Positions 1 to 9,125 of a stretch of 32,000 nt of DNA are shown one piece after another. The stretch spans positions 2,010,001-2,042,000 of the forward strand of contig NZ_CP066019.1 of the NCBI RefSeq assembly GCF_016127575.1, read 5' to 3'. Under the pieces are notes generated by a model that saw only the letters and a list, made by a program, of their open reading frames with translations, ran no database searches and was not told the DNA's origin. A program made the translations under genes and the position numbers. Position 1 is the first letter of the stretch, and the number at the start of each line of letters is the position of its first letter. Source of the stretch: Cupriavidus necator (GTDB taxonomy: Bacteria > Pseudomonadota > Gammaproteobacteria > Burkholderiales > Burkholderiaceae).

Positions 1-1
1 C

Positions 2-205
2 CTCGGGGCGCGCCGCAAGCCGACGCTGACCGAGACCGTCAGGGCATGGAAGGACTACGCGCCCGGCTTCGTGCCGTTGCCGCATCCGTCACCGCGCAAC
101 CAGCCGTGGTTCAAGCAGCATCCCTGGTTTGAGGACGAGGTGCTGCCGATGTTGCGTGAGCGGGTTGGCCGGCTGTTGCGGCACGGCCCTGCGCAATCAG
201 GGTAG
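2..205 (+). CDS. uracil-DNA glycosylase superfamily protein, C-terminal fragment (5' end outside window)
   Basis: Frame 2 is open from the window edge to TAG 203-205. The translation ...VPLPHPSPRNQPWFKQHPWFEDEVLPMLRERV... carries the HPSPxN motif-B signature of UDG-family enzymes. Confidence 0.55.
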   Translation, partial: LGARRKPTLTETVRAWKDYAPGFVPLPHPSPRNQPWFKQHPWFEDEVLPMLRERVGRLLRHGPAQSG

Positions 206-248
206 GCAGCAAGCGATACCCGCGCCACCGTCGCCTGGCCCGCTCACC

Positions 249-1241
249 TCATTCGCTGGCCGTAAAGCCCGAAGCCGCGACCACCGGTCCCCACTGCATG
301 CGCTGCGCCTGGATGAGCTTGCGCAGGGCATCCCCCGGCTTGCCGTTCATCTCCATGCCCAGCGCCGACATCTTGTCGCGCACCACGGGATCCTTGACGG
401 CGTCGAGCAGCGCTTTCTCGATCCTCGCCACCGTAGCCGGCGGCGTCCCCGCCGGCACAAAGGCCGAGTACCAGCCTGACGCCGTCTCGAAACCCGGCGC
501 GCCCGCCTCCGCCAGCGTTGGCACATCAGGCAGCAGCGCCGACCGGCGGGTCCCGGTGACGCCGAGGAAACGGATCTTGCCCGCCCGGTACAGCTCCATC
601 TGCCCCCCCACCGCATCGATACCCAGCGGCAGCGTGCCGCCGATCTCATCGGTCAGCATCATGACGGCGCCGCGATAGGCAGTGGGCAGCAACGGCACGC
701 CAATCGACTTGCTGAGCGACAGCACCCCGAAATGAATGCTGCCGCCGAGCGTGACCAGCCCGACACCGCCCTTGTCCGGGTTGCGCTTCACCCATGCCAG
801 GTATTCCGGCATGGTCCGATAGGGCTGGTTGACGCTGGCGGACGCCACCAGCGGCACGTCGGCCAGGTAGGCGACCGGAACCAGGTCCTTGTCGGGGTCA
901 TAGGCCAGGCGCTTGTAGGTCAGCGGAAAGATGGTGAACGGCGGCGCGGGCGAGATCAGCACCGTCTTGCCGTCCGGCGGCGCGCGTTTGACGTTCTCCA
1001 GCGCCAGCCGCGCCGATGCGCCGGGGCGGTTCTCGACCAGGACAGGCGTATCGAGCGAAACACGCAGCTTTTCAGCAAGCGCGCGCGCGAAGATGTCCAG
1101 CGCGCCACCGGCCGCGAAGCCGACCACGATGCGCACGGGCGCGTCGCCGCTGGCGGGGGCAGCCATGGCAGGAACGGCACTGGCACCCAGGGCCAATGCC
1201 AGCGCGGCGGCCAGCCGTCGCAAGGGGTTCGGAAATAGCAT
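249..1241 (-). CDS. Bug family (TctC-like) tripartite tricarboxylate transporter substrate-binding protein
   Basis: 330-aa ORF with a signal peptide (ALALGASAVPAMA). Bug-type motifs are present: VRIVVGFAAGGALD, VENRPGAS, PTAYRGA. A GGAG SD lies about 9 nt upstream of the ATG at 1241. Third codon positions are G/C-rich. Confidence 0.9.
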   Translation of the reverse strand: MLFPNPLRRLAAALALALGASAVPAMAAPASGDAPVRIVVGFAAGGALDIFARALAEKLRVSLDTPVLVENRPGASARLALENVKRAPPDGKTVLISPAPPFTIFPLTYKRLAYDPDKDLVPVAYLADVPLVASASVNQPYRTMPEYLAWVKRNPDKGGVGLVTLGGSIHFGVLSLSKSIGVPLLPTAYRGAVMMLTDEIGGTLPLGIDAVGGQMELYRAGKIRFLGVTGTRRSALLPDVPTLAEAGAPGFETASGWYSAFVPAGTPPATVARIEKALLDAVKDPVVRDKMSALGMEMNGKPGDALRKLIQAQRMQWGPVVAASGFTASE

Positions 1242-1274
1242 ACGGATTACTCCGGTTGACGGCGGCGGATGCGC

Positions 1275-2774
1275 TCAGGCGGCCTCGAGCGCAGTGTGCA
1301 CTTCCAGCGGATAGATCGGGCGGCGCAGGTTGCGGAACGGGAACTGGCTGTAGTCAGAGCTGCAGACTCCGGGGCCGGCCACCAGCACGATCTCGCTGGC
1401 GATCGGCTCGAACCCTGCGCGGAAGTGCTGGCGCGACTTGATCAGGATGTACCTGCGGCGCGACAGGTCGATGCCCGCATGCGTGAACACGCCGGTATCG
1501 AACGGCTCCTGCGGCTTCTCGCAGATCACGACCAGCGTGCCGGCGACATCCAGCACCACGGTGCGGCCCAGGCTCAGCTTCATGCCTGTGAACATCGGGC
1601 CGGTGACCTGGTAGTTGCCGTCGGTAATGCACTGCACCCGGCCGCTCAGCCGCAGCGGACGGCCCTTCAGGTCCAGCGCGGGCATGTCGGTCTTGCCGCC
1701 CACATCCAGTGTGACGGACTGCCCGACGCCGGCGGCAATCAGTTCCGCCACCGCGCCCGGGTCCCAGAACGGCCCGGCGACCACGCCTTCGAGCCCCTGG
1801 CGCAGGACTTCGCCCAGCACCGTCATTTCATCCGTCGGCCCGCCAGCGCCGCAGTTATCGCCATGGTCGACCAGCACGACCGGGCCCTGCGTGAGCGTCT
1901 TGGCGCGCGCGATGGATTCCTCCATCGGCTCGATCGGAAAAACAAAATCAGCCCGGCGTTCCCACGCCATGCCGCAGAGCTCGTCGAGCAGGCGCCGCCC
2001 TGCGTCGACCCTGGCGGCATCCGCCACGATCACCACGGCCAGGCCGGTATGCGGGATATCGGCAAGCGGAAAACCACCAAACACCGAGGCGTTGAGCACC
2101 TCGCCATCGCGCTCGGCCGCCATCGCACGCTCCATGATGTCCTTCATGGGTTGCGCGCGCGGGGTCTGGCGCAGCATGTGGGTGAGCATCGGCAGCGTGC
2201 GCCACAACAGGACCGGGCGGGCCTCGCCTCGCAGCGCCGCCATCAGGGTACGGGCGGCGCGTGCGCCGGTCTCGTACACGTCCACGTGGGGATAGGTGCA
2301 GTAGCCGGCGATCACGGTCGCATTGTCAACCAGCGCAGCGCTGAAGTTGGCGTGGAAATCCAGCGATACCGCGATCGGCACCTCGGGCGCGGCGGCACGG
2401 ATGCGTGCCAGCAGTTCGCCTTCGGCATCCGGATAGCCCTCGGCCACCATGGCGCCGTGCAGGTCCAGCATCACGGCATCGCAGCCCGCGCCCACCGCCT
2501 CGACAATGCTGGCCGCCATCGACTCGAATGCCTGTGCGGTCACCATGCCACTGGGCACCGCGTTCGCCATCAGGGGCATCACGAACTCGTCGCCCTGGCG
2601 GCGTACCAGGTCGATGAACGCGGCCGCGGCGCTGTTGGTGCCCTGGCACGCACGCACCGCGTCGTCGCCGTAGAGCGGGCCAGCGGTGCTGCCGCGGTTG
2701 AACGCGCTCAATGGCGTGGCAATCGGCGAAAAGGTATTGGTTTCATGCCGCATCAGGGCAATGACAAAACGCAT
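1275..2774 (-). CDS. M81 family metallopeptidase (MlrC-like)
   Basis: 499-aa ORF. The N-terminus MRFVIALMRHETNTFSPIATPL is the characteristic start of the MlrC/M81 N-domain. It is flanked by two Bug binding-protein genes on the same strand. Confidence 0.8.
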   Translation of the reverse strand: MRFVIALMRHETNTFSPIATPLSAFNRGSTAGPLYGDDAVRACQGTNSAAAAFIDLVRRQGDEFVMPLMANAVPSGMVTAQAFESMAASIVEAVGAGCDAVMLDLHGAMVAEGYPDAEGELLARIRAAAPEVPIAVSLDFHANFSAALVDNATVIAGYCTYPHVDVYETGARAARTLMAALRGEARPVLLWRTLPMLTHMLRQTPRAQPMKDIMERAMAAERDGEVLNASVFGGFPLADIPHTGLAVVIVADAARVDAGRRLLDELCGMAWERRADFVFPIEPMEESIARAKTLTQGPVVLVDHGDNCGAGGPTDEMTVLGEVLRQGLEGVVAGPFWDPGAVAELIAAGVGQSVTLDVGGKTDMPALDLKGRPLRLSGRVQCITDGNYQVTGPMFTGMKLSLGRTVVLDVAGTLVVICEKPQEPFDTGVFTHAGIDLSRRRYILIKSRQHFRAGFEPIASEIVLVAGPGVCSSDYSQFPFRNLRRPIYPLEVHTALEAA

Positions 2775-2800
2775 GGACTGGCTCCGACAGCGTGAAGGGT

Positions 2801-3790
2801 TCAGTTGGATTCGAGATCGACTGCGCGCGCAATGGCGCCGTAGCGGATCGTTTCCGCTTGCAGGAAGCGGCGGGCCTGCTCGGGGGTGGAAAGGACCGGC
2901 TCATAGGCAAGCGTCTGCAGGCGCGCGGCAAAGTCCGCTTCCTGCACGCTGGCCTTCACTTCCCTGTAGAGCCGGTCGATGACCGGGGCCGGCGTACCCG
3001 CCTTGACCACCAGCGCCAGGTTGCCGCGTACCTGCAGCACATCCGTGCCGCCCGCCTTCTGCGTTTCGAGGCTGGGAAACTGCGTGACGGGCTCCGCCTG
3101 CAGCGTAGCCAGGGGCCTGGCCTTGCCATCCTGGACGTAATTGACCGAAGAGCCGATCACATCGACATGCGCATAGGTCTGGCCGCCGATCAGGTCCGCC
3201 ATGGCCGGCGGCGAGCCGCGGTATGGAACGATGGTGAAATCCAGGCCATTGCGGCGCTTCCAGTCGGCCAGGCCGAGGTGCGCAGCCCCCGCGACGACGT
3301 TGATGCTGATCGACACCTTGCCGGGATTGCGCTGGATATGCGTCTTCAGCTCGCCCAGAGTCATCTCCTTGCGGTCGGCGCGCGTGATGATCCAGTGCGG
3401 CACGGTGCTGACGATGGTCACCGGCGTCAGGTCGGTCTCGGGGCGATAGCGCAGGCCCTTGATCGTGAACGGATTGATACTGAGCGTGCCGTCGCTGGCC
3501 AGCAGCAGCGTGTTGCCGTCGGCCTTCTCCTTGAGCACCGACGACACACCCGGCACGGTCGCGCCACCGGCGATGTTCTCCACCATCACCGGCTGCCCCA
3601 GCCGCTGTTCCAGCTTGCGCGCGAGTGTGCGGCCGATGATGTCGTAGGAACCACCGGCCGGGAACGGCACCACCAGGCGCAGCGGCCGGTCGGGCCACGC
3701 GGGTGCGGCAGTTGCGCAAGTGGCTGCGAGCAAGGCTGCGCCGGCAAGCATGCCGCGCATGATCGAGCGCAAATGGCTCATGGTTTCCAT
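2801..3790 (-). CDS. Bug family (TctC-like) substrate-binding protein
   Basis: 329-aa ORF with a signal peptide (LAGAALLAATCATAAPA). Motifs: LRLVVPFPAGGSYD, VENIAGGA, VPYRGS. A strong AGGAGGAG SD lies just upstream of the ATG at 3790. Confidence 0.9.
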   Translation of the reverse strand: METMSHLRSIMRGMLAGAALLAATCATAAPAWPDRPLRLVVPFPAGGSYDIIGRTLARKLEQRLGQPVMVENIAGGATVPGVSSVLKEKADGNTLLLASDGTLSINPFTIKGLRYRPETDLTPVTIVSTVPHWIITRADRKEMTLGELKTHIQRNPGKVSISINVVAGAAHLGLADWKRRNGLDFTIVPYRGSPPAMADLIGGQTYAHVDVIGSSVNYVQDGKARPLATLQAEPVTQFPSLETQKAGGTDVLQVRGNLALVVKAGTPAPVIDRLYREVKASVQEADFAARLQTLAYEPVLSTPEQARRFLQAETIRYGAIARAVDLESN

Positions 3791-3861
3791 GGGTCTCCTC
3801 CTGAGGTCTGATTGCCTCGTGATGGCTTGGAATGAATCAGGTGATGCGCCGACTATATGGG

Positions 3862-3927
3862 ATCGGTTCCGATACCAAAAGCGAATAAAAATCGCTGTTT
3901 GTTGAGCAAATGGTTAACTTGTAGAAT
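3862..3927. promoter_or_regulatory. candidate LysR operator palindromes plus sigma70-like promoter in the Bug/LysR divergent spacer
   Basis: Two palindromes: ATCGG-TT-CCGAT (3862-3873) and AGCGA-N7-TCGCT (3880-3896). TTGTTG (3899-3904), a 17-nt spacer and TAGAAT (3922-3927) precede the LysR ATG at 3963. Confidence 0.3.
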
Positions 3928-3962
3928 GAGCCACCCGGCCCCGCCGATCGTCGCCTGCCCCC

Positions 3963-4970
3963 ATGCCCGCCGAAGCCTTCGCCCATACCCTGCTTGGCCG
4001 CCTCAAGCTGCGCCACCTGCGCATCATGCTGGCGCTGAGCGAGATGCCAACCGCCGCAGCCGTCGCCGCGCGCTTTCATGTCAGCCCCGCCGCGGTGTCC
4101 AAGACCCTGGCCGAGATCGAAGACATCGTGGGCATGCCGCTGTTCGAGCGCAGCCGCCGCGGCCTGCACCTGACCGAGCCCGGACGGGAGATGGCAGCCC
4201 ATGCGGCGGTCTTGCTGGCGCAGCTCGAACGGCTCGCCGAATCGCTGCAGGCAGTGCGTGCCGGCAGCCAGGGGGCGTTGCGCATCGCGTTCCGGACAAT
4301 GTCGGTGCAGCCCTTCCTGGCGCGGGCGATGAGCGACTTCTACCGTGACCATCCGCGCGTGGAGATCAGCGTGATCGAAGGCGGCATCGGCGAACTGGCG
4401 GATCAACTGGTGGATGGCTCGCTGGACCTGCTGTTCGCCTATGACGATCCGCGCCTGTCGCTACCCGCGCTGCGCACGGCACCGGTAGTCCCGGCGCAGA
4501 AGGTGGTGATTGTCGCCAGCCTGGACCATCCGCTGCTCACGCGCCGCAAGCTGGCGGCGCGGGAACTGTCCGGGCAGCAATGGTGCATTCCGGTGGCCGG
4601 CTCGCGCATGCTTCACCTGCTGCACACGGCGTTTCATACCCTAGGGGCGCCGGCGCCCTCGCTGGGCATCCGCACCAGCGATGTGGCCGCCACGGCCAGC
4701 TTGTTGCAGGCTGGTCATTTCCTCGCGGTGTTCCCCGAGCGCATTGCCGCGCAGCTCACCCTGGCCAAGGTGGCGCGAGTGCTTCGCTTCGAACTCGGCA
4801 GCCGCGTGGAGCCGGTGGTCGCGGTCTGGAACGACGAACTCACGCCACGCACGCCGGCGCGCCTGTTTCGCGAGCTCGTCATGCGTCGCGCCGGCGAGAC
4901 CCTCGTGGCCGAGCCAGTGCCGTTGCTGGCCGCGCGCGCGGTGGCGGCGGCCGGCGTTCGCAAGCGCTGA
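3963..4970 (+). CDS. LysR family transcriptional regulator
   Basis: 335 aa. N-terminal wHTH (LKLRHLRIMLALSEMPTAAAVAARFHVSPAAVSKTLAEIEDIVGMPLFERSRRGLHLTEPG) followed by a LysR substrate-binding domain. Divergent from the Bug/M81 operon. Confidence 0.9.
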   Translation: MPAEAFAHTLLGRLKLRHLRIMLALSEMPTAAAVAARFHVSPAAVSKTLAEIEDIVGMPLFERSRRGLHLTEPGREMAAHAAVLLAQLERLAESLQAVRAGSQGALRIAFRTMSVQPFLARAMSDFYRDHPRVEISVIEGGIGELADQLVDGSLDLLFAYDDPRLSLPALRTAPVVPAQKVVIVASLDHPLLTRRKLAARELSGQQWCIPVAGSRMLHLLHTAFHTLGAPAPSLGIRTSDVAATASLLQAGHFLAVFPERIAAQLTLAKVARVLRFELGSRVEPVVAVWNDELTPRTPARLFRELVMRRAGETLVAEPVPLLAARAVAAAGVRKR

Positions 4971-4988
4971 ACGGGAAGCCGGCCCGGC

Positions 4989-5813
4989 TCAGTGCGCGCA
5001 CAGCACCGCAGCCATCTCCCTCGCCGCGCCCTGCAGCGTCGGCACCGCCTGCAGCAGCGCCTCAAGCGAAGCCCGCGCAGTCGGCGCATGACAGGCAATC
5101 GCGGCCACCACCCGGCCTGAACCCTCTCCATCCGGCTCGCGCACCGGCACTGCCACCGCGCACATGCCGCGCACGAATTCCTCGTGGTCCACGCCGATGC
5201 CGCGCGCGCCCAGCCGGTCCAGCTCGGTGTTGAGTCCCGGCACATCGGACAGCGTGCGCGGCGTGTGCGGGGCCAGGTCCAGCCGCCTGAGCATCTGCTG
5301 GCGCTCCAGCCGGTTCATCGCTGACAGGAACAGCTTGCCGCTGGCGGTGCAGTGCAGCGGCACGTGGATGCCGGGCGACAGCTGCAGGCGCAGTGGCTCG
5401 TGCGTCTCGACCCGCTCCACATAGAGGACCCGGTCGCCGTCGAGCGCGGTGAGGTTGCAGGTCTCGCCCAGGCTCGCCACCAGCCTGGCCAGGATGGCGC
5501 GGCACTCGCGCAGCATCGGCGGGCTCCTGAGGGTCTGCAGTGCCAGCGACGCGGCGCCCGGGCCGGGCACATAGCCGCGCTCGGCGGGCATGCGGACCAC
5601 GAAGCCGGTGCGCTCCATGGCGGCCAGCAGGCGCATCAGTGTCGCCTTGGGCACATGCAACCGCTGCGAAAGCTGGGACAACGTCTGCGGGTGCTGCGCC
5701 CTGGCCAGGCTGGACAGCACCATCAGCACGCGCAGGCTGCGTGCATCGTCCTCCACCGCCCCGTCTTCTGCTGCAGTGCGATTCTGAAACGGGAATTGCA
5801 CGTTCTGTTTCAC
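4989..5813 (-). CDS. IclR family transcriptional regulator
   Basis: 274 aa with a GTG start at 5813 and a GAGGAGA SD about 8 nt upstream. HTH region: LRVLMVLSSLARAQHPQTLSQLSQRLHVPKATLMRLLAAMERTGFV. IclR effector-domain motifs include TASGKLFLS and the ...EEFVRGMCAVAVPV region. Confidence 0.9.
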   Translation of the reverse strand: MKQNVQFPFQNRTAAEDGAVEDDARSLRVLMVLSSLARAQHPQTLSQLSQRLHVPKATLMRLLAAMERTGFVVRMPAERGYVPGPGAASLALQTLRSPPMLRECRAILARLVASLGETCNLTALDGDRVLYVERVETHEPLRLQLSPGIHVPLHCTASGKLFLSAMNRLERQQMLRRLDLAPHTPRTLSDVPGLNTELDRLGARGIGVDHEEFVRGMCAVAVPVREPDGEGSGRVVAAIACHAPTARASLEALLQAVPTLQGAAREMAAVLCAH

Positions 5814-5844
5814 AACCGGCGTCTCCTCGCGATTGAGCTTTCCA

Positions 5845-5872
5845 TTCCGGCTTTGAAAAATAAAATCCGGAA
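5845..5872. promoter_or_regulatory. candidate IclR operator (TTCCGG-N16-CCGGAA) in the IclR/GMC divergent spacer
   Basis: Inverted hexamers at 5845-5850 and 5867-5872 flank an A/T-rich 16-nt core (ctttgaaaaataaaat). A third CCGGA copy lies at about 5900. Confidence 0.25.
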
Positions 5873-5943
5873 CAGAATGTTTCAGATTATAGATCCAAGC
5901 CGGATGGTTACGTGCCTGCCGGCCAAAAAAGGAGACAGCGACG

Positions 5944-7599
5944 ATGTCGCAAACCGTTGACTACATCGTGGTAGGCGCCGGCTCGGCCGGGTGCGTGCTG
6001 GCCAACCGGCTCAGCGAAGACGGCCGCTATTCGGTCTGCCTGCTGGAGGCCGGCCCGCCCGACCGCTACCCGTGGATCCATATCCCGATCGGCTATGGCA
6101 AGACCATGTTCCACAAGCAAGTGAACTGGGGCTTCTATACGGATCCCGATCCCAACATGCTCGATCGCCGCATCTACTGGCCGCGCGGCCGCACGCTGGG
6201 CGGCAGCAGCGCCATCAACGGCCTGATCTACGTACGCGGCCAGCGCGAGGACTATGACCACTGGGAAACGCTGGGCAATCCGGGCTGGAGCTGGGACAAC
6301 TGCCTGCCCTACTTCCGCAAGCTCGAGAACAACGACCTTGGCGCCGGCCCCACGCGCGGCACCGACGGCCCGCTGAACGCGACCTCGATCGACCGGCAGC
6401 ATCCGCTGGTCGATGCCTTCATCGGCGCCGGCCAGGCGCTGGGCCTGCCCCGCAAGACCGACTTCAACGGTGGCGACCAGGAGGGCGTGGGCTATTACCA
6501 GCTCACCACCCGCAACGGCTGGCGCTGCTCCACCGCGGTGGCCTACCTGCGCCCGGCGCGCGGGCGCACGAACCTGCGCGTCGAGACCGATGCCCACACC
6601 ACCGGGATCCTGTTCGAAGGCAAGCGTGCCGTGGGCGTGCGCTACACCCAGCATGGCCAGCCCTATATCCTGCGGGCGCGGCGCGAGGTGATCCTGTGCG
6701 CGGGCGCGCTGCAGTCGCCGCAGTTGCTGCAGCTGTCGGGCATCGGCCCGGCGCCGTTGCTGCAGGACCTGGGCGTACCGGTGGTGCATGCCCTGCCGGG
6801 CGTGGGCGAGAACCTGCAGGACCATCTGCAGGTGCGACTGATCTACGAGGTGGCCAAGCCGATCACCACCAACGACCAGCTGCGCTCGCTGACGGGCAAG
6901 GCGCGCATGGGCCTGGAATGGCTGCTGATGCGCAAGGGGCCGCTGGCGATCGGCATCAACCAGGGCGCGATGTTCTGCCGCGCACTGCCGCAGGAAAGCG
7001 CCACGCCGGACACGCAGTTCCATTTCTCGACCCTGTCCGCCGACATGGCGGGCGGCACGGTGCATCCCTTCTCCGGCTGCACCTATTCGGTATGCCAGTT
7101 GCGGCCCGAGTCGCGCGGCACGGTGCGGATCCGCTCGACCGATCCGTATGAGCCGCCGTCGATGCAGCCCAACTACCTGTCGGCCGAGCTGGACCGGCGC
7201 TGCACCGTGGCAGCGGTGCGCTACGCCCGGCGCGTGGCGCAGGCCGAACCGATGCGCGGCCTGATGAAGCGCGAGTTCCGGCCGGGCGACGAGGTGCGCA
7301 GCGACGACGAGATCCTGCATTTCTGCCGCGAGTACGGTGCCACCATCTTCCATCCGTCGGGCACCGCGAAAATGGGGCCCGCCGCCGATCCATTGGCAGT
7401 GGTCGATGCGCGCCTGCGCGTGCATGGCGTGGGCGGGCTGCGCGTGGTGGACTGCTCGGTGATGCCTACGCTGGTCTCAGGCAACACCAACGTGCCGGTG
7501 GTGATGATGGCCGAGCGCGCGGCCGACTTCATCCGCGAAGACGCACGGCGGGAAGTGCATCCCGTCGACGTGGCAACCAAGATGGCAGCAGCCGCCTGA
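5944..7599 (+). CDS. GMC family oxidoreductase (choline/alcohol dehydrogenase-like flavoprotein)
   Basis: 551 aa. FAD-binding N-terminus DYIVVGAGSAGCVLANRLSED. GMC signatures GRTLGGSSAINGLIY and the C-terminal ...HPSGTAKMG...VVD.SVMP... An AAGGAGA SD lies upstream. Confidence 0.9.
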   Translation: MSQTVDYIVVGAGSAGCVLANRLSEDGRYSVCLLEAGPPDRYPWIHIPIGYGKTMFHKQVNWGFYTDPDPNMLDRRIYWPRGRTLGGSSAINGLIYVRGQREDYDHWETLGNPGWSWDNCLPYFRKLENNDLGAGPTRGTDGPLNATSIDRQHPLVDAFIGAGQALGLPRKTDFNGGDQEGVGYYQLTTRNGWRCSTAVAYLRPARGRTNLRVETDAHTTGILFEGKRAVGVRYTQHGQPYILRARREVILCAGALQSPQLLQLSGIGPAPLLQDLGVPVVHALPGVGENLQDHLQVRLIYEVAKPITTNDQLRSLTGKARMGLEWLLMRKGPLAIGINQGAMFCRALPQESATPDTQFHFSTLSADMAGGTVHPFSGCTYSVCQLRPESRGTVRIRSTDPYEPPSMQPNYLSAELDRRCTVAAVRYARRVAQAEPMRGLMKREFRPGDEVRSDDEILHFCREYGATIFHPSGTAKMGPAADPLAVVDARLRVHGVGGLRVVDCSVMPTLVSGNTNVPVVMMAERAADFIREDARREVHPVDVATKMAAAA

Positions 7600-7728
7600 G
7601 CGGCCTGCGCCAATCCTGATTGCGAACAACCAAGGCCAGGCACCCATAACAAGGCCAAACCCTGCAGTGCATCCGGCGTCCATAACCATCCTTCCAGAGG
7701 ACGCCGCCCATCACCAGAGGAGACAAGC

Positions 7729-9057
7729 ATGACAAGCCCCAACGAACAGGCGATCCGCAAGGTCGCGCTGGCGTCCGTGATCGGCGCCACCATCGAATGG
7801 TATGACTTCTTCCTGTACGGCGTGGTCGCCGGCCTGGTCTTCAACAAGCTGTACTTCCCCGGCAATGACCCGCTGGTGGCCACCATGCTGGCCTACACCA
7901 CCTTTGCGGTGGGCTTTGTCACGCGGCCGCTGGGCGGCGTGATCTTCGGGCACTTTGGCGACAAGGTTGGCCGCAAGAGCATGCTGGTGATCACGCTGAT
8001 GATCATGGGCGTGTCCACCTTCCTGATCGGGCTGGTGCCGACCTATGACAGCATCGGCATCCTGGCGCCGATCCTGTTGCTGCTGCTGCGCGTGCTGCAG
8101 GGCATCGGCCTGGGTGGCGAATGGGGCGGCGCGGTGCTGATGGCCTATGAGTACGCACCGCCGGGCAAACGGGGCTTCTATGCGTCGCTGCCGCAGATCG
8201 GGCTGGCGATCGGACTGTGCCTGGCATCCGGCGTGGTGGCGCTGCTGTCGCTGACCCTGACCGATACGCAGTTTCTGGCGTGGGGCTGGCGCGTGGCCTT
8301 CCTGATCTCGGCGGGGATGGTGTTCGTGGGCATGTATATCCGCCTCAACGTCAAGGAGACACCTGAATTCGCCGTGATCAAGCAGCGCAATGCCGAGACC
8401 CAGATTCCCTTTGTCGACATGATGCGGCGCTACCCGGGCAATATCCTCAAGGGCATGGGCGCACGCTATATCGACGGGGTCTTCTTCAACATCTTCGGCG
8501 TGTTCTCGATCACCTACCTGACCCAGACCATCAATATCAGCCGGACTGAAGCGCTGGTCGGCGTAATGGCGGCGGCCATTGCGATGTGCTTCTTCATTCC
8601 GTTCTTCGGCCACCTGTCCGACCGCATCGGCCGCACCCGCGTGTATTTCTGGGGCTCGCTGATCACGGCGCTGTCCGCCTTCCCGGCGTTCTGGCTGATG
8701 CTGAACAGCGGCGGCAACACCATGCTGCTGTGGCTGTCCATCGTGGTGCCGTTCGGCATCCTCTACGCCGCGGTCTATGGCCCGGAAGCTGCGCTGTTCT
8801 GCGAGCTGTTCGATGCCAGGGTGCGATACACCGGGATCTCGTTCGTCTACCAGTTCTCGGGAATCTTCGCCTCCGGCATCACGCCCATCATCGCCACGGC
8901 ACTGCTCAAGTCGGGCGGCGGCAAGCCCTGGCAGATCTGCGCCTACGTTGCCTTTGCGGGGGTGGTGTCGGCGTTGTCGGTGGCGCTGATCGGACGGGGC
9001 GAAGGCTCCCAGGCGCCGCGTGAAAACGGCATGCCGCTGCGCGGTCCGGCGCGATAG
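7729..9057 (+). CDS. MFS transporter, metabolite:H+ symporter (MHS) type
   Basis: 442 aa with about 12 predicted hydrophobic spans. MHS-type N-terminus: GATIEWYDFFLYGVVAGLVFNKLYFP, RPLGGVIFGHFGDKVGRK. A GAGGAGA SD lies upstream. Confidence 0.9.
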   Translation: MTSPNEQAIRKVALASVIGATIEWYDFFLYGVVAGLVFNKLYFPGNDPLVATMLAYTTFAVGFVTRPLGGVIFGHFGDKVGRKSMLVITLMIMGVSTFLIGLVPTYDSIGILAPILLLLLRVLQGIGLGGEWGGAVLMAYEYAPPGKRGFYASLPQIGLAIGLCLASGVVALLSLTLTDTQFLAWGWRVAFLISAGMVFVGMYIRLNVKETPEFAVIKQRNAETQIPFVDMMRRYPGNILKGMGARYIDGVFFNIFGVFSITYLTQTINISRTEALVGVMAAAIAMCFFIPFFGHLSDRIGRTRVYFWGSLITALSAFPAFWLMLNSGGNTMLLWLSIVVPFGILYAAVYGPEAALFCELFDARVRYTGISFVYQFSGIFASGITPIIATALLKSGGGKPWQICAYVAFAGVVSALSVALIGRGEGSQAPRENGMPLRGPAR

Positions 9058-9082
9058 GCGAGGAGCGGGCCGCCGCCCGCCG

Positions 9083-9125
9083 GCAATGTCTTAGAATGGC
9101 GCAACGCCAATGACAGGGACATTGC
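9083..9125. promoter_or_regulatory. candidate GntR operator / leader hairpin (GCAATGTC-N27-GACATTGC) with TAGAAT box
   Basis: Perfect 8-bp inverted repeat at 9083-9090 and 9118-9125, the right arm abutting the ATG at 9126. A TAGAAT box lies at 9092-9097. The ATGTC/GACAT half-sites resemble FadR-subfamily GntR operators. Confidence 0.3.

Noticed and set aside
1269-2795. 508-aa plus ORF. Similar long shadow ORFs: 2792..3811(+), 5908..7425(-), 10869..11807(-), 17215..18537(+), 19179..20528(+), 21973..23004(+), 25175..26233(-), 26128..27444(-), 28213..29181(-), 29315..30589(-), 30710..31975(-)
   Set aside because: All lie antisense to, or out of frame with, genes that have clear family signatures. 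They are Arg/Ala/Gly/His-rich, as expected for stop-poor alternative frames in high-GC DNA. None shows a recognisable domain.
4971-4988. Possible terminator between the convergent LysR and IclR genes (agccggcccggct)
   Set aside because: The palindrome leaves a loop of about 1 nt, so the effective stem is only about 4 bp, and there is no U-tract. The 18-bp gap is too short for a confident call.
7675-7705. Hairpin GGCGTCC-N17-GGACGCC and duplicated CCATAAC between the GMC and MFS genes
   Set aside because: The stem is short, the loop is large and there is no U-tract. It is probably just part of the MFS gene leader, with nothing distinctive.
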